A DNA stretch of 63,553 nucleotides, counting the filler, from Reticulomyxa filosa (Eukaryota; Protista; Foraminifera): NCBI GenBank assembly GCA_000512085.1. It is 21 parts of 21 records of this genome, joined end to end, with 100 filler letters (N's around TTAATTAATTAA, not from the genome) between each part and the next. Parts side by side here need not be neighbours in the genome. Positions count along the whole stretch, not along the records: positions 49,281 to 56,252 come from ASPP01037716.1; positions 56,353 to 58,177 come from ASPP01008246.1; positions 58,278 to 60,721 come from ASPP01028669.1; positions 60,822 to 62,059 come from ASPP01022093.1; positions 62,160 to 63,553 come from ASPP01005271.1; 16 more parts are not named here. One strand, written 5' to 3'. The notes beneath the pieces are model-generated. The model was not told the DNA's origin. It did no database searches and saw only the letters and a list, made by a program, of their open reading frames with translations. Below are positions 53,227 through 63,553 of this stretch, piece by piece (position 1 is the stretch's first letter; the number at the start of each line of letters is the position of its first letter). The position numbers and the translations under genes are program-made.

Positions 53227-54955
53227 TTAAACTGTGGATGTCACAAACTTTTTTGTAAATGCTCTATTTTTTTTGTTTTTGGTTTTATTTGGGTCTCCTT
53301 TTTTGTCATTTTGCTCATTTTGGCGAGCAAGTGCCGCATTGTAATCCGTTATCCACTTGCTTCTACCAGTGACCTCTGAAGTAAAATCTTGAAAAGCAAT
53401 AAACTCTTCTTGATAGGAATAATTCATCTGTGAAACAGCCTCCAAAAACTCTTTATTTTGGAAGTGTTCATTGAGAACTTGATATTTGTGAATTCGTCGT
53501 GGAGTAAGACATACATCAATGCTTTCACGGATCTAGCCAAAAAAAAAAGAAATTTAAAAGAAAGAATACAAGTTTTGTCCCTTTAACAAAATAACTTACA
53601 CTGCCAGCACTGTATCCTTCTGTTGCAAGCGCTAATACCGATAGATCAAATTTAGATCCGTTGTTTAATTCATCAATCGAAATTCCCTATATTTTTCAAA
53701 TAAAATCAAATAAATTTAAACGTTTTAAATTTTTGAAGTTTGTAAAACTTTTAATTCGATAAAATGTTTCCACATTTGCACTCTAGCCGAATAGTCCGGG
53801 CATGGTGTGTAACATAACATTGAGAGATTATCTGATTGAAAAAGTGCTTTGAATTCGGTCCTTTCAAGGTTTTTGTGATAGCATTGGTTCGAGCAACCAA
53901 TTAATAAAACTCTTGTATTTTCGTTGGTTTTGGCGACATGAGTAAGCAAATCTTTCTTCATTTTACTGGGATCAACTACAGATATTTTTCAATTCTCTTT
54001 TTTGTTATGCTCAAAAAGGTGGTTGTTTTCTTGTAAGGAAATACTTGGATTTTTTTTTTGATGTCATAAAAATTTTATCAATTTCGTCGATGTATATAAC
54101 CGATGGTTGCAAAAATTCGGCTATTTCAAAAGTCATGTGAATAATTTTTGACAATTCTTTGGCAATATCTTCTGATTTTAAATTGATTAAAAAATTATCT
54201 GGTGATAAATCGAACCAACGAGAATTCTGTTTATATGTTTGTAGAAACAAACACTCAAATTACTAAAAATTATTTTTTGGAAGATCAAAGTCGGTCATTA
54301 CTCACAGTTGCCTGAGCTATTGCTTGACTAAGAAGGGTTTTCCCAGTTCCCTTTGGACCATAAAAACAAATAGCTGGAATTAATGGTATTTTTTTGCGGA
54401 CGTATACCGAACCCAAAGGGATAGCACCAAATTCCATGGCAAATTGACGTGCCTGAGCAACTGATATGTAAGGTTGGGAAGAAATTGGGCTTGCTTTGTC
54501 GCGAATCGAGCCTATACAACTAATTTCCCCAACAAATTGTTCAAACGACGCAAAACTGTCCTGCTTGATCTCTTTTAACACTCCCAAATTTACTAGTGTT
54601 GTAATTTTGTCGCTAACTGTGTACATTTTTTTAAGCGTTTACATTTTGATAATTTTGTTTTTTAGAAAGAAAATTTAGTAAATTTGCCCTGAATATATCT
54701 TTGACCGGGTGAGAAAAGAAAAATTGTTTTTATGATTACTTGGTAATTCTTGGCATATTTTTTCACCATCACAACATTTCTTGGGTTTGCCATCTTTTTT
54801 TGCTTTTGCTTTTTTTAGAGCCTAACAGTTTCAAAAATAAAGTCTTTACCTTCTTTCATATTTTATGTCAGATAGTTTACCTTTCATCGGTTTCGTCAAA
54901 ATCAATTCAACGTGATAGACTCTCAAATTTTGTTTGAGAACTTTTGACGTCGCAA
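53227..54955 (-). CDS. IQCA1: IQCA1/DRC11-like AAA ATPase (dynein regulatory complex), C-terminal half only
   Basis: K-rich linker, then AIPLGS..YGPKGTGKTLL..AIA, WFDLSP, QPSVIYIDEIDKIF, KMKKDL, RVLLIGCSN, PCPDYSAR..W, FDLSVLA..TEGYSAGS/I..LTPRRI. Several introns. Confidence 0.85.
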
Positions 54956-55533
54956 ATATCCAAGATTTAAATTTATTTCAATCGCAGTGCATTTGTGCAA
55001 AAAAATATTCAACAAAAATTGTTTAGCTTTTTCGTTTGTTTGTCATTTGTGCAGTAAGTTGTAAATAAAACTGACATATTAAATGCAACTATGAAGATGA
55101 TCGGCTTCCTCCATGAAACAAATACTTAAACCTTATTTTTAATAAATATTATCACAAACATTTTTGCAAAGCCTTGTTTTGAATTTTATCGCTTTTTTTC
55201 ATGGTGTTTGTGTCGTAATTTAAATTTTTTTTTTGCTTTTCAAAGATTATCGTAACTCTAATAGAATGTATGCAGAAATTGTTGCTTATATCGTAATAGA
55301 AAAAATTTATCTTTTTTGTCCTTGAAATATCTTGCTTTGACATTATAAAAGAAATTCGATCCAAGTGTTTTTTATCATTGATGTAATAATACACACAAGA
55401 AAGAAGTGTATTTAATACAAAGGAAATATATCGACTCCAGTTTAAACATTGAAGTAATTCAGTAGTGAAAAATTCCCAAACGCTGGCGAGGGTGTAAAAC
55501 GAAAACTAAAATTGAATCTTTCATTTTGGCATC

Positions 55534-56217
55534 ATGGCAGAAGAATTCCTGAAGTTGTGTTCCCGAAGTTTGAAGATTGATAAACAACGGTTTCGACGTG
55601 ATTTTGCAGTATTTGAGCAAAAGAAAGAATATTTGAAAGCAAAGTTGGTTGGAGAGCGAAAAGGAAAATTGTTTTGCTTGTCAAATATCAAAACAACAGC
55701 AACAAGTAATTTTTTATAAAAAAAAAATGAACAGAAAAGCTGATACAGTCGGAAATTTTCGCGTTGGAGAAAAGCGTAAGATTGAGCTAGATTCGGACAG
55801 TTACAATCACAATAGCAACAACAAAAAGAAGTAATTGTAAAAGCAACTGTTGGAACAATAGGACCTTCGAAGAGGCGTCGTTTGAACGAACCCAAACTAA
55901 ACCTGGCATTGTTAGAAGAAGAACAAAAAAAGGCGTTGTTAAAAGCCAGAAAATTACGTAAGGACTATGACATATTTGTATTCCCTGAAAGCGAGACCAC
56001 CCCACTTCCAATATTTTCATTCGACGATTTATACAAACACTATGACATTAGTCCACGGCTGAGCAAAAATCTTCAAAGATGGGGGATGAAAGCCCCTTTG
56101 CCTGTGCAAATGCAAGTCATTCCTGTTATGTTGAAGGGACACGAACTACAATGTTGTGCGCCAACTGGATCGGGCAAGACATTGGCATTTTTGATTCCTA
56201 TTGTTACCATTTTGGAA
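55534..56217 (+). CDS. DDX52: DEAD-box RNA helicase DDX52/Rok1 (3' truncated)
   Basis: N-terminal KIDKQRFRRDF, LRK..I.V..PLPIFSFDDL, Q motif PLPVQMQVIP, motif I CAPTGSGKTLAFLIP. Intron 55644-55734. Confidence 0.85.
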
Positions 56218-56439
56218 GTTGTGTATGTTTTTTTTTTTATTCCCCCCCTAAANNNNNNNNNNNNNNNNNNNNNNNNNNNNNNNNNNNNNNNNNNNNTTAA
56301 TTAATTAANNNNNNNNNNNNNNNNNNNNNNNNNNNNNNNNNNNNNNNNNNNNAAAAAAAAAAAAAAAAAGGGGGTGAGAAAAGTTGTTTGTTAAATCAAT
56401 TGTAATGGATATGCTGTTGTGCGATTTTGCGGGTGGTGA

Positions 56440-58084
56440 TGGGGGGGGGAGACAAGTGGGAAACAGCACCCACCAAAGACTCGTGCAAATTTGCAACAGC
56501 GGCCACACTGGTGATCACACCCTCACATGTGATTGACCAATGGCACAGCGAGTTGCAAAAGCACTTTAGTCCCCATTTGATGAATGTCGTAAAGGTGACT
56601 GTCAAGAGAGAGCACGATCGTGTTTCATACCGAGGTTTTTTGTACAAAATATATAACTTTGTATTGTTTGTAGAAAACAATACACATTATTGATTTATTG
56701 ATTTATTGATTTTGTAAAATCTTGGGGTGTATAGACATTTTGAACGCTCAATTGGTGTTGATATCGTCTCAATTTGTAGCCAACAAAACTTTCCACGTGC
56801 TGCACAAAGAGTTTGCTCGTGACGAGTGGTTCAGGTTACATGGCAAAGATAGCAAACAGTCTGGCGTGGAGAATACGTCGATAGACAGAGATGAGAACAG
56901 CGACAATCTATCACGCACGTCGCCTTGTTTCACCTTGTTTCATTGGCATCGCATCATATTGGACGAGGCTCCGGATTACCTGATCAATGACCGTGTTCGC
57001 CAAAAGATCTTTTCCTTGTCAAGCTCTTTTCGGTGGTATTTGAGTGGCACTCCGTTTCCGACACGCTTGGCGATCGCCTATTGCGCCCAGTTCTTGAACA
57101 TCTCCTGGGTCAATGTCGCGCCAGTTCAGGAGCCGGACGACGAAGCAATGCCAAATGAACAGCCGTCGGAATCGAGTGATGAGGAAAAGTATCAGCCTGT
57201 TGATGAGCATGTTGATACAACCGAAGGAATGTTAACACCCGAGAACGTGGACCAGCCACTCGGACATATTTTGCATTCAATCTTGTACAAGTACTTGTTT
57301 TCCAGGCACACCAAGTTGTCCATGGGAGATGACAATTTCTTACCTGATGTTTTTGAAGGTATTTCTTTTTTTCCCTCCCCCCTCTCTCTTGAAGAAAGTA
57401 CTTTTGACATTTTTTTAGAGCCACATCAAACTCAGATGTCATATGGCTGGAATTCAGTCCAATTGAAAAGCTGTTCTACGATCTTGTCAAAAGTCGCAGG
57501 AATACTCCATTCGAAGACTTGGTAAGTCGTGTATTCAAATCTCTAATGTGACACACAGGCGTTGTTGCACTGTTCTCATGTATATATAGTTGTTGTTGTT
57601 GTTATTGTTGTTGTTGTTGTTCTTGCTGTTCTTCCTTCTCTCTCTCTCTCTCTCCTCTTCCTCCCTCCCTCCTCGCTGAATGCCAATAACAGAAATTGGA
57701 ACGAAAACTTTGCGCGGGCTTGTACTCCAGTTTTGAGAATAGTTTCATGGGTCGTGTCAATTCCAGCTGGAATGACAAGCTGCCCGAAGATGACAATTAT
57801 TTCTTCTTTCTCCTCATTGGTTTGTTCATTTGTTCTACTAATTTTTGATAAAGTATCCCACAAACACCTACCTCCTAACAAAACACATCCTTCTGTCTAT
57901 TCACATCTTTCCAAACAGAGTTGATTGGATATTATCAAGAAACTTTGACACGACTTGAACATCTTTTGACAACCAAACTGCAATACGTGCGAAGGCAAAT
58001 TAAGTACAAAAAGGAGCTGGAACAAAAGAAAAGGGAATTCTTGGAGGAGGGTCGAAAATGGAGTCTTGCTGAAGCCTTTCCAGG
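56440..58084 (+). CDS. SNF2-family helicase, RAD5/RAD16/SHPRH-like, internal fragment
   Basis: Motifs ATLVITPSHVIDQWHSEL, FHWHRIILDEAP, RWYLSGTP, VIWLEFSPIEKLFY. Confidence 0.87.
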
Positions 58085-58479
58085 TATGATCCGATATAAA
58101 ATACACATAATTTTGAAGAAATGGCAACCAAAAAAAAAAAAAAATGATCTGCAATAATAATATTGTGATAATAATAANNNNNNNNNNNNNNNNNNNNNNN
58201 NNNNNNNNNNNNNNNNNNNNNTTAATTAATTAANNNNNNNNNNNNNNNNNNNNNNNNNNNNNNNNNNNNNNNNNNNNTAATTACCAAATAACTCAAAATC
58301 AATATACTAAAACAGGAATTAGGAATTAGACTTATACATAAACAAATATATTTTGTTGATGAAATTACAAAACAATGCTAATACATCTTGTTAGAAAAGA
58401 GTCAGAGTCAGTTTTAAATAAATGAACAAATTTTTAAAAAATTAGATTCATACAAACAATTTTTAATTGATTTTAATGC

Positions 58480-59270
58480 ATTCAAATACTATATTCAACA
58501 TTACAATTTTGTGAAAAATGAAGGTTTATTGATTTGATTGCGAAAGATATTGATGACATCATCGAAATGTTGCAATTTATCGGGACTGGTGGTTCGACAT
58601 TTTTTACTTGACATACTTGTAAGGGTATACCCGCTATCACTGATATCGCTTCTATTTCTCTTTCGCTTTTTATTCGAATCTCCAGCACTACTGTTACTGT
58701 AATTTAGAAAGTTTTGTGTTAACGTTAGTGTTGATTCTAATGATTTAGACAATAGCTTAGTGCTTGGCCCTTTTTTACATTCAACTGGTTCACACGCCTA
58801 GAAAATTCAGCTTGATCACAAGGATCAATGCTTTGTGCAAGTTTCCAGAAGTTCGTAAACTCAGTTTTGAATTTTTCATATTTTTTAAAACAATTAAATT
58901 TTTTTTGCATAGACGCTTTGCGTTGTGCAGTATTTGCGTTGTCGACGCTATTGTAATATAAATCAACAAGAAATTCATCATATAGTGAATGATATTTTAG
59001 ATCGCTTTTGTTCTTTATTTCTTGTATTTTGGCTTCGTCGATAGTGTACATTATACGTTTCTTCCATTGTACGTAGTTTTTCCACTCCACCAAAAAACAC
59101 TAATTCGCAATTTTTCGTGGTCAAAAAGTTTCACATTGTCGATGTTTGTGTCTGACGCATTATCATCTTCATCTTCATCACAATAATAGTTATTATCATT
59201 GTCCTTTGTATCCACAATTTTTGGTTTGAAATAATTTTCCAAGTTTTCCGATGTTGAGCAGTCTTCAGCA
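58480..59270 (-). mobile_element. Possible decayed hAT-family transposase C-terminus
   Basis: LVEWKNY..FTNFWKLAQ..QLNVKK..VLEIRI resembles the hATC dimerisation pattern (P.L.KLA..L..P.S.A..ER.FS.L..K). Stops and a frameshift are present and the ERxFS core is not intact. Confidence 0.35.
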
Positions 59271-60821
59271 AAACACTGTTATTTATATGTATAGTGAAAA
59301 TTTTTTACTTTATGCTTTATAAATTAAATTTCAATTTAGAATTGATTAGATATATTCAAATGCTTGAATGTTATATACAAAAGAAAGACGAATAAACAAA
59401 TGTATATTTATATTTTTTATGTGTTGACAGTTTTTTCTTTTTGTCTTCTTGAGTATTGTCAATTTCGTTATCATCATCAAATGTTTTCTTTTTTCTTTTT
59501 GCCGTTAGTTGTTGTAGGCTCATTTTCAGATGCTGATTTCATTGGAATCATGGCAGAAATTATTTGGAATAAAAGATATAAATAATACAAAACAATGGTT
59601 CTAATAAATAGAAAACAATGATCTAATAAAACTTATATAAACAAAAAAACAATTATTACATATTCAATGAATGACAGCAAGTAACAAAATTGAAACAAAT
59701 GAAAATAAACTGCACAAAATTTGATGGCAAACACAAAACAACAAAAGAAAATATGAAAATATAAGGAGTAAAGCAAAAAAAGATTGAAGGAATTAATCAA
59801 CGGAATAGTGAATGTAAAAAAAAAGGGTAAGAAATATCAAATTGACATTTCCAAACAAAGTAATGTACATTGGTCCTACGCACTAAGTTTTTAAATTTTT
59901 AATTGTAAATTTGTTCTTTTAATTTTGTTATGAAATTTAAAACGGCTCGAAGTTACTTTGTATGTGGAAAAAAATTACTTAATTAAATTTGGTATCTTTT
60001 TCATACTTATAATGCATTTATTGATTAGTTTTATTCTCAATACAATTAAATGCTACAAATTAATTAAAAAAGATAATCTATATGATTTATCAACAAATAT
60101 AAATTTGACCTTTTTTTTGAAATATAACATAAATGAACTTCCGATGTAAAAATACTTCATATGCGTTATAAAAGTATAACTTAAAATAACAAATCTTTGG
60201 GTAAAACTGTTATAGTTTAATAATAATAAAAGTTAAATCAGATATATTGTGCACAATATACAAAAATCAAGAACAAACAATACTTCAAAATAATCAAATA
60301 AACTTACAAACAAAAAATTTTTTAAAAAAATGAAACAATGAAAAAAACAAAAATAAAATAAAACTATATGTCAGGATTCACGAATTGACTACTGATTTAA
60401 AGTTTTACTTTTTTTCTGTTTTTTCACAATTTCATTTTTTTTAGTATTCTTCTAAATATCATAATTTAATTTTTTGAAATTATTGTCATGATGTTTATAC
60501 TTGAAAAAGATTTCAATTAATTTTTTTAAAAAAGAATTGTAATTTTTTTCTTTGCTTAATATTTATTTCTTTTATTTGTTCAATCAATTTAATTTAATGC
60601 ACAATATTAGTTTATTGCTATGTTAAAATATATATATCATTTGATAAGTATTTGTCAACAAATAATTTGATAATTTTAATTGTAAAAATCATAAGTTGTT
60701 ATAAGAACTTGTATACAGATCNNNNNNNNNNNNNNNNNNNNNNNNNNNNNNNNNNNNNNNNNNNNTTAATTAATTAANNNNNNNNNNNNNNNNNNNNNNN
60801 NNNNNNNNNNNNNNNNNNNNN

Positions 60822-61450
60822 TTTTACTTTACAGTAGAGTATGTATATTTTACATATATTTAACTCATTCAAATTGGAAGTTGCATAAATATCTTCTAAT
60901 TTGTATCTTGTATCAACCAGAATTTGGTTGCAATTTTTCCATGTTTGTGATATTGTTGTTTTTTCAAGTTTCGTGCCAAAATATTGAAATAAACTCATTA
61001 AATATTGTTGTTGTTGTAAATTTGTGCTGTATTAAAATATATCATGCAATAATTGTCAAAAAACAAACGATTATTTATGAAAAGAGAAAACAAAGTGCAT
61101 AGAAAGCTATTGTTACGCGTTCTCTGTTAGCCAAGTTAAAACATCCTTTGTCTTGTCGGCATTTTCATTGCATAGCTTCCATGCCTTTAATACAACCTCT
61201 TCACCTATCTTGGGAAATGTTTGTTGAAGTTGTGCAAGCATGATGATGTAAACTTCAAAGCAAAGCCCTTTTTTTTATTTTGAGATTCAGAAACTTGGTT
61301 TAGAAATTCACAAATAAAAAAATTTTGATTCAGTTTAAGAATTAATAAAAGTAAATTTGATTGAAAATGAGATATTAACTTAAAAACATTGAATACTTCA
61401 TAAAGATACATCTCCTTTATGAGTAAAATTGTTGAAATAAAAAAGTTTAT
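60822..61450 (-). pseudogene. Degenerate relic of a probable multicopy hypothetical gene
   Basis: Short coding-like pieces (MSLFQYFGTKLEKTTISQTWKNCNQILVDT) among stops. Confidence 0.3.
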
Positions 61451-62159
61451 ATACGCAAATATTCAATACATGGAATTGATCCATCAGAAATAATAAAATA
61501 GATTGATCAGATTTAAGAGATGGTTTAGCAAACAAAGCTTGGCAATGCGATATCTTTGGAGAAGATACACCATTATCCTTTAAAATTATTCATTACATTC
61601 TCCACTAAATAAACATGTTTTAAGTCTTTATGTTCATCGCAATGTAATTCTTATTCAACATACTTTTGTAGTGTGAAAAAATATGAAAAGAATAACAACA
61701 ATTTTTCTTTTTCATTATCGAAACTAATCAGTTTTCATTGTTGTAAGAATTAGTTTGTTTAGAAGCATTGATTTTGATTTTTTGAGATTATCAAAATATG
61801 GAACAACCAATATCTTTTTTGCTGAATCTCACGTAATAGATTTTTTCCTTTCTGAACTTAAGAAAAATGATTTTTAAGCTGGCTTGCTTTGTTTTTGGAA
61901 AAAGAATACAAGATAACAAGTATATCTCAAGTGTATATTACAGATAGTTAAATTTCGTTCCAAAAACTTCCTTATAGTATCAAAAACATTCTGCACATTT
62001 CAAAATATAATCACGTCATTGTGATGTAATCAATATTATAATTTTATGAAGAAAATCATNNNNNNNNNNNNNNNNNNNNNNNNNNNNNNNNNNNNNNNNN
62101 NNNTTAATTAATTAANNNNNNNNNNNNNNNNNNNNNNNNNNNNNNNNNNNNNNNNNNNN

Positions 62160-62535
62160 TTGTTGTTGTTGTTGTTGTTGTTGCTGCTGTGGATACAATA
62201 GGTGTCGACCCTCTTTTGCTCGTCTCTTTTTTAAAACTATTTCCTGACGCAAACATTTCATTGCTTTGTCGTATCTCCTCGTTCCCGCTTTTTCCTCGTT
62301 CGCGGTTATGCGCTTCTTTGTACGTCCTCCTCTTCACTTCACTCTTGTCCTTATTCCACATCGCTTTGTTGCACCCGCTTCTTGATCTATTGCCACCCAA
62401 CGTCGCCGATCTATTGCTACTTCGCCACTCTTCTTTTGATATCTCTTTCCATTCTTCTCGATTGTTATCCTCGCTAAAGTTCTCGCTTTGACGGTCTCTT
62501 CTTTGCGCCTTGTTGCGAGGCCTCCATTGAGCCAT
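62160..62535 (-). CDS. N-terminus of a hypothetical low-complexity protein (3' truncated)
   Basis: ATG-started R/S/E-rich ORF running into a (CAA)n tract at the contig end. Confidence 0.55.
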
Positions 62536-63009
62536 TTATACTCCAAAAATTTATTTGTTTTTGATATGAAAGCGCCAAGCAAAATGTTAATCCTAATTAT
62601 GAGGAGGAATAAAGACCCGAATGTCGTTTTTTTTTTGGACAAACAAAACAATAAAAAAAAAAAGGATACCGAAATTAAAAAATTCATTCGACAAAGTGAT
62701 CATTTTTTACGAAAAAAAAAATTTTCATTCCCAATTATCGGACAATAGCCAAGAAAAAAAAAAAAACAAACGAATAGGAAAAAAAAAAAGGCTGACAATT
62801 TACGCTATTATCGAAAAGAGGTAATGTGAAAGAAAGAATGGTATCAACAAAGTTTGAAGTCAAAAACAATAAACAAACAATTCCGTGTACGCTCTCTGAC
62901 CAAAAAAAAAAAAAAAAATAAAAAAATATGGCATTTTCCTTGTGTTCGTTCATATGAGTGAAAAAGAGAGGAAAAAAGTAAAACAAAACAAAATTACGTA
63001 AGCATGTGT

Positions 63010-63553
63010 TTAATCTTGTGCATGATCGTCCATCATCGTTGGCAACTGTTCAAAATGCAAAAAAAAAGTAAGAAATGAGTAAAAGAACGAACAAACAAAC
63101 AAACGATAAATAAACAAATAAAACAAACAACGAAACAGTGGTAGAATTTTTATGTTTCAAAAGAGCTGACTCAATTGCAGGTTGCAAAACGTCATGGAAG
63201 AAATCTTTGACATGTGCAACGGCAATCATTGGGTTTTCTTTGTCATGTTCGACAGCTCTAGTGGCTTCGCAGTATTCATCAAACATAGCCTCGAGACTTT
63301 TCAGTCCAAGAGATCCATTTAGTATGAGAGTTTTGTCAGCAAATTTCAAAGAAGTTCTGATCGGCGTGCTTGGATAACTGACAGTTGGCGTGCCTGTCAA
63401 AGTAATTGGACTGTGTCCTTGTTGCAGTACAGAATGTTCACTTGTTTTGTTACGATGTTCAGTGACAGGTTCCTCTTCTTCTTCGAACTCTATCTCTCTT
63501 TCTTCATCCTCGTCTTCTTCTTCTTCTTCTTCTTCTTCTTCTTCTTCTTCTTC
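63010..63553 (-). CDS. C-terminal part of a hypothetical protein with a poly-Glu tract
   Basis: (GAA)n poly-E at the window end; open frame to NSTT; donor GTTTCG; last exon LPTMMDDHAQD*. Confidence 0.6.

Overview
This is not a contiguous locus. It is 21 short eukaryotic contigs joined by 20 identical artificial 100-bp linkers (N44-TTAATTAATTAA-N44, stops in all six frames), so gene neighbourhoods across linkers are meaningless. The DNA is very AT-rich, microsatellite-rich and intron-rich. The polyubiquitin carries an extra Ala at each monomer junction (RGG-A-MQ), the established Rhizaria (Foraminifera/Cercozoa) signature. Gene-family style points to a foraminiferan such as Reticulomyxa filosa (inference, not a database result). 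Recognisable genes, most truncated by contig ends: Ulp1/SENP protease, NAA15, anoctamin, ARPC2, FLVCR/SLC49-like MFS, RalGAP-like, 7TM protein, RNF213/mysterin-like ATPase, EF-hand protein, WD40 protein, polyubiquitin, membrane-anchored RGS, Cys-less pentameric ligand-gated channel, membrane Kelch protein, IQCA1/DRC11-like ATPase, DDX52 and a RAD5/16-type SNF2 helicase. There is also a decayed LINE, a possible hAT remnant and several pseudogene relics. The most notable patterns are: (1) 5' splice sites dominated by GTT rather than GTR; (2) recurrent -1 frame breaks in otherwise intact genes (probably pyrosequencing undercalls, but testable); (3) an intron splitting the RNF213 Walker A with no GT-AG solution; (4) a Ulp1 protease with Cys at the catalytic Asp position; (5) a polyubiquitin whose first monomer also carries the Ala. 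No rRNA, tRNA or CRISPR array was recognised.
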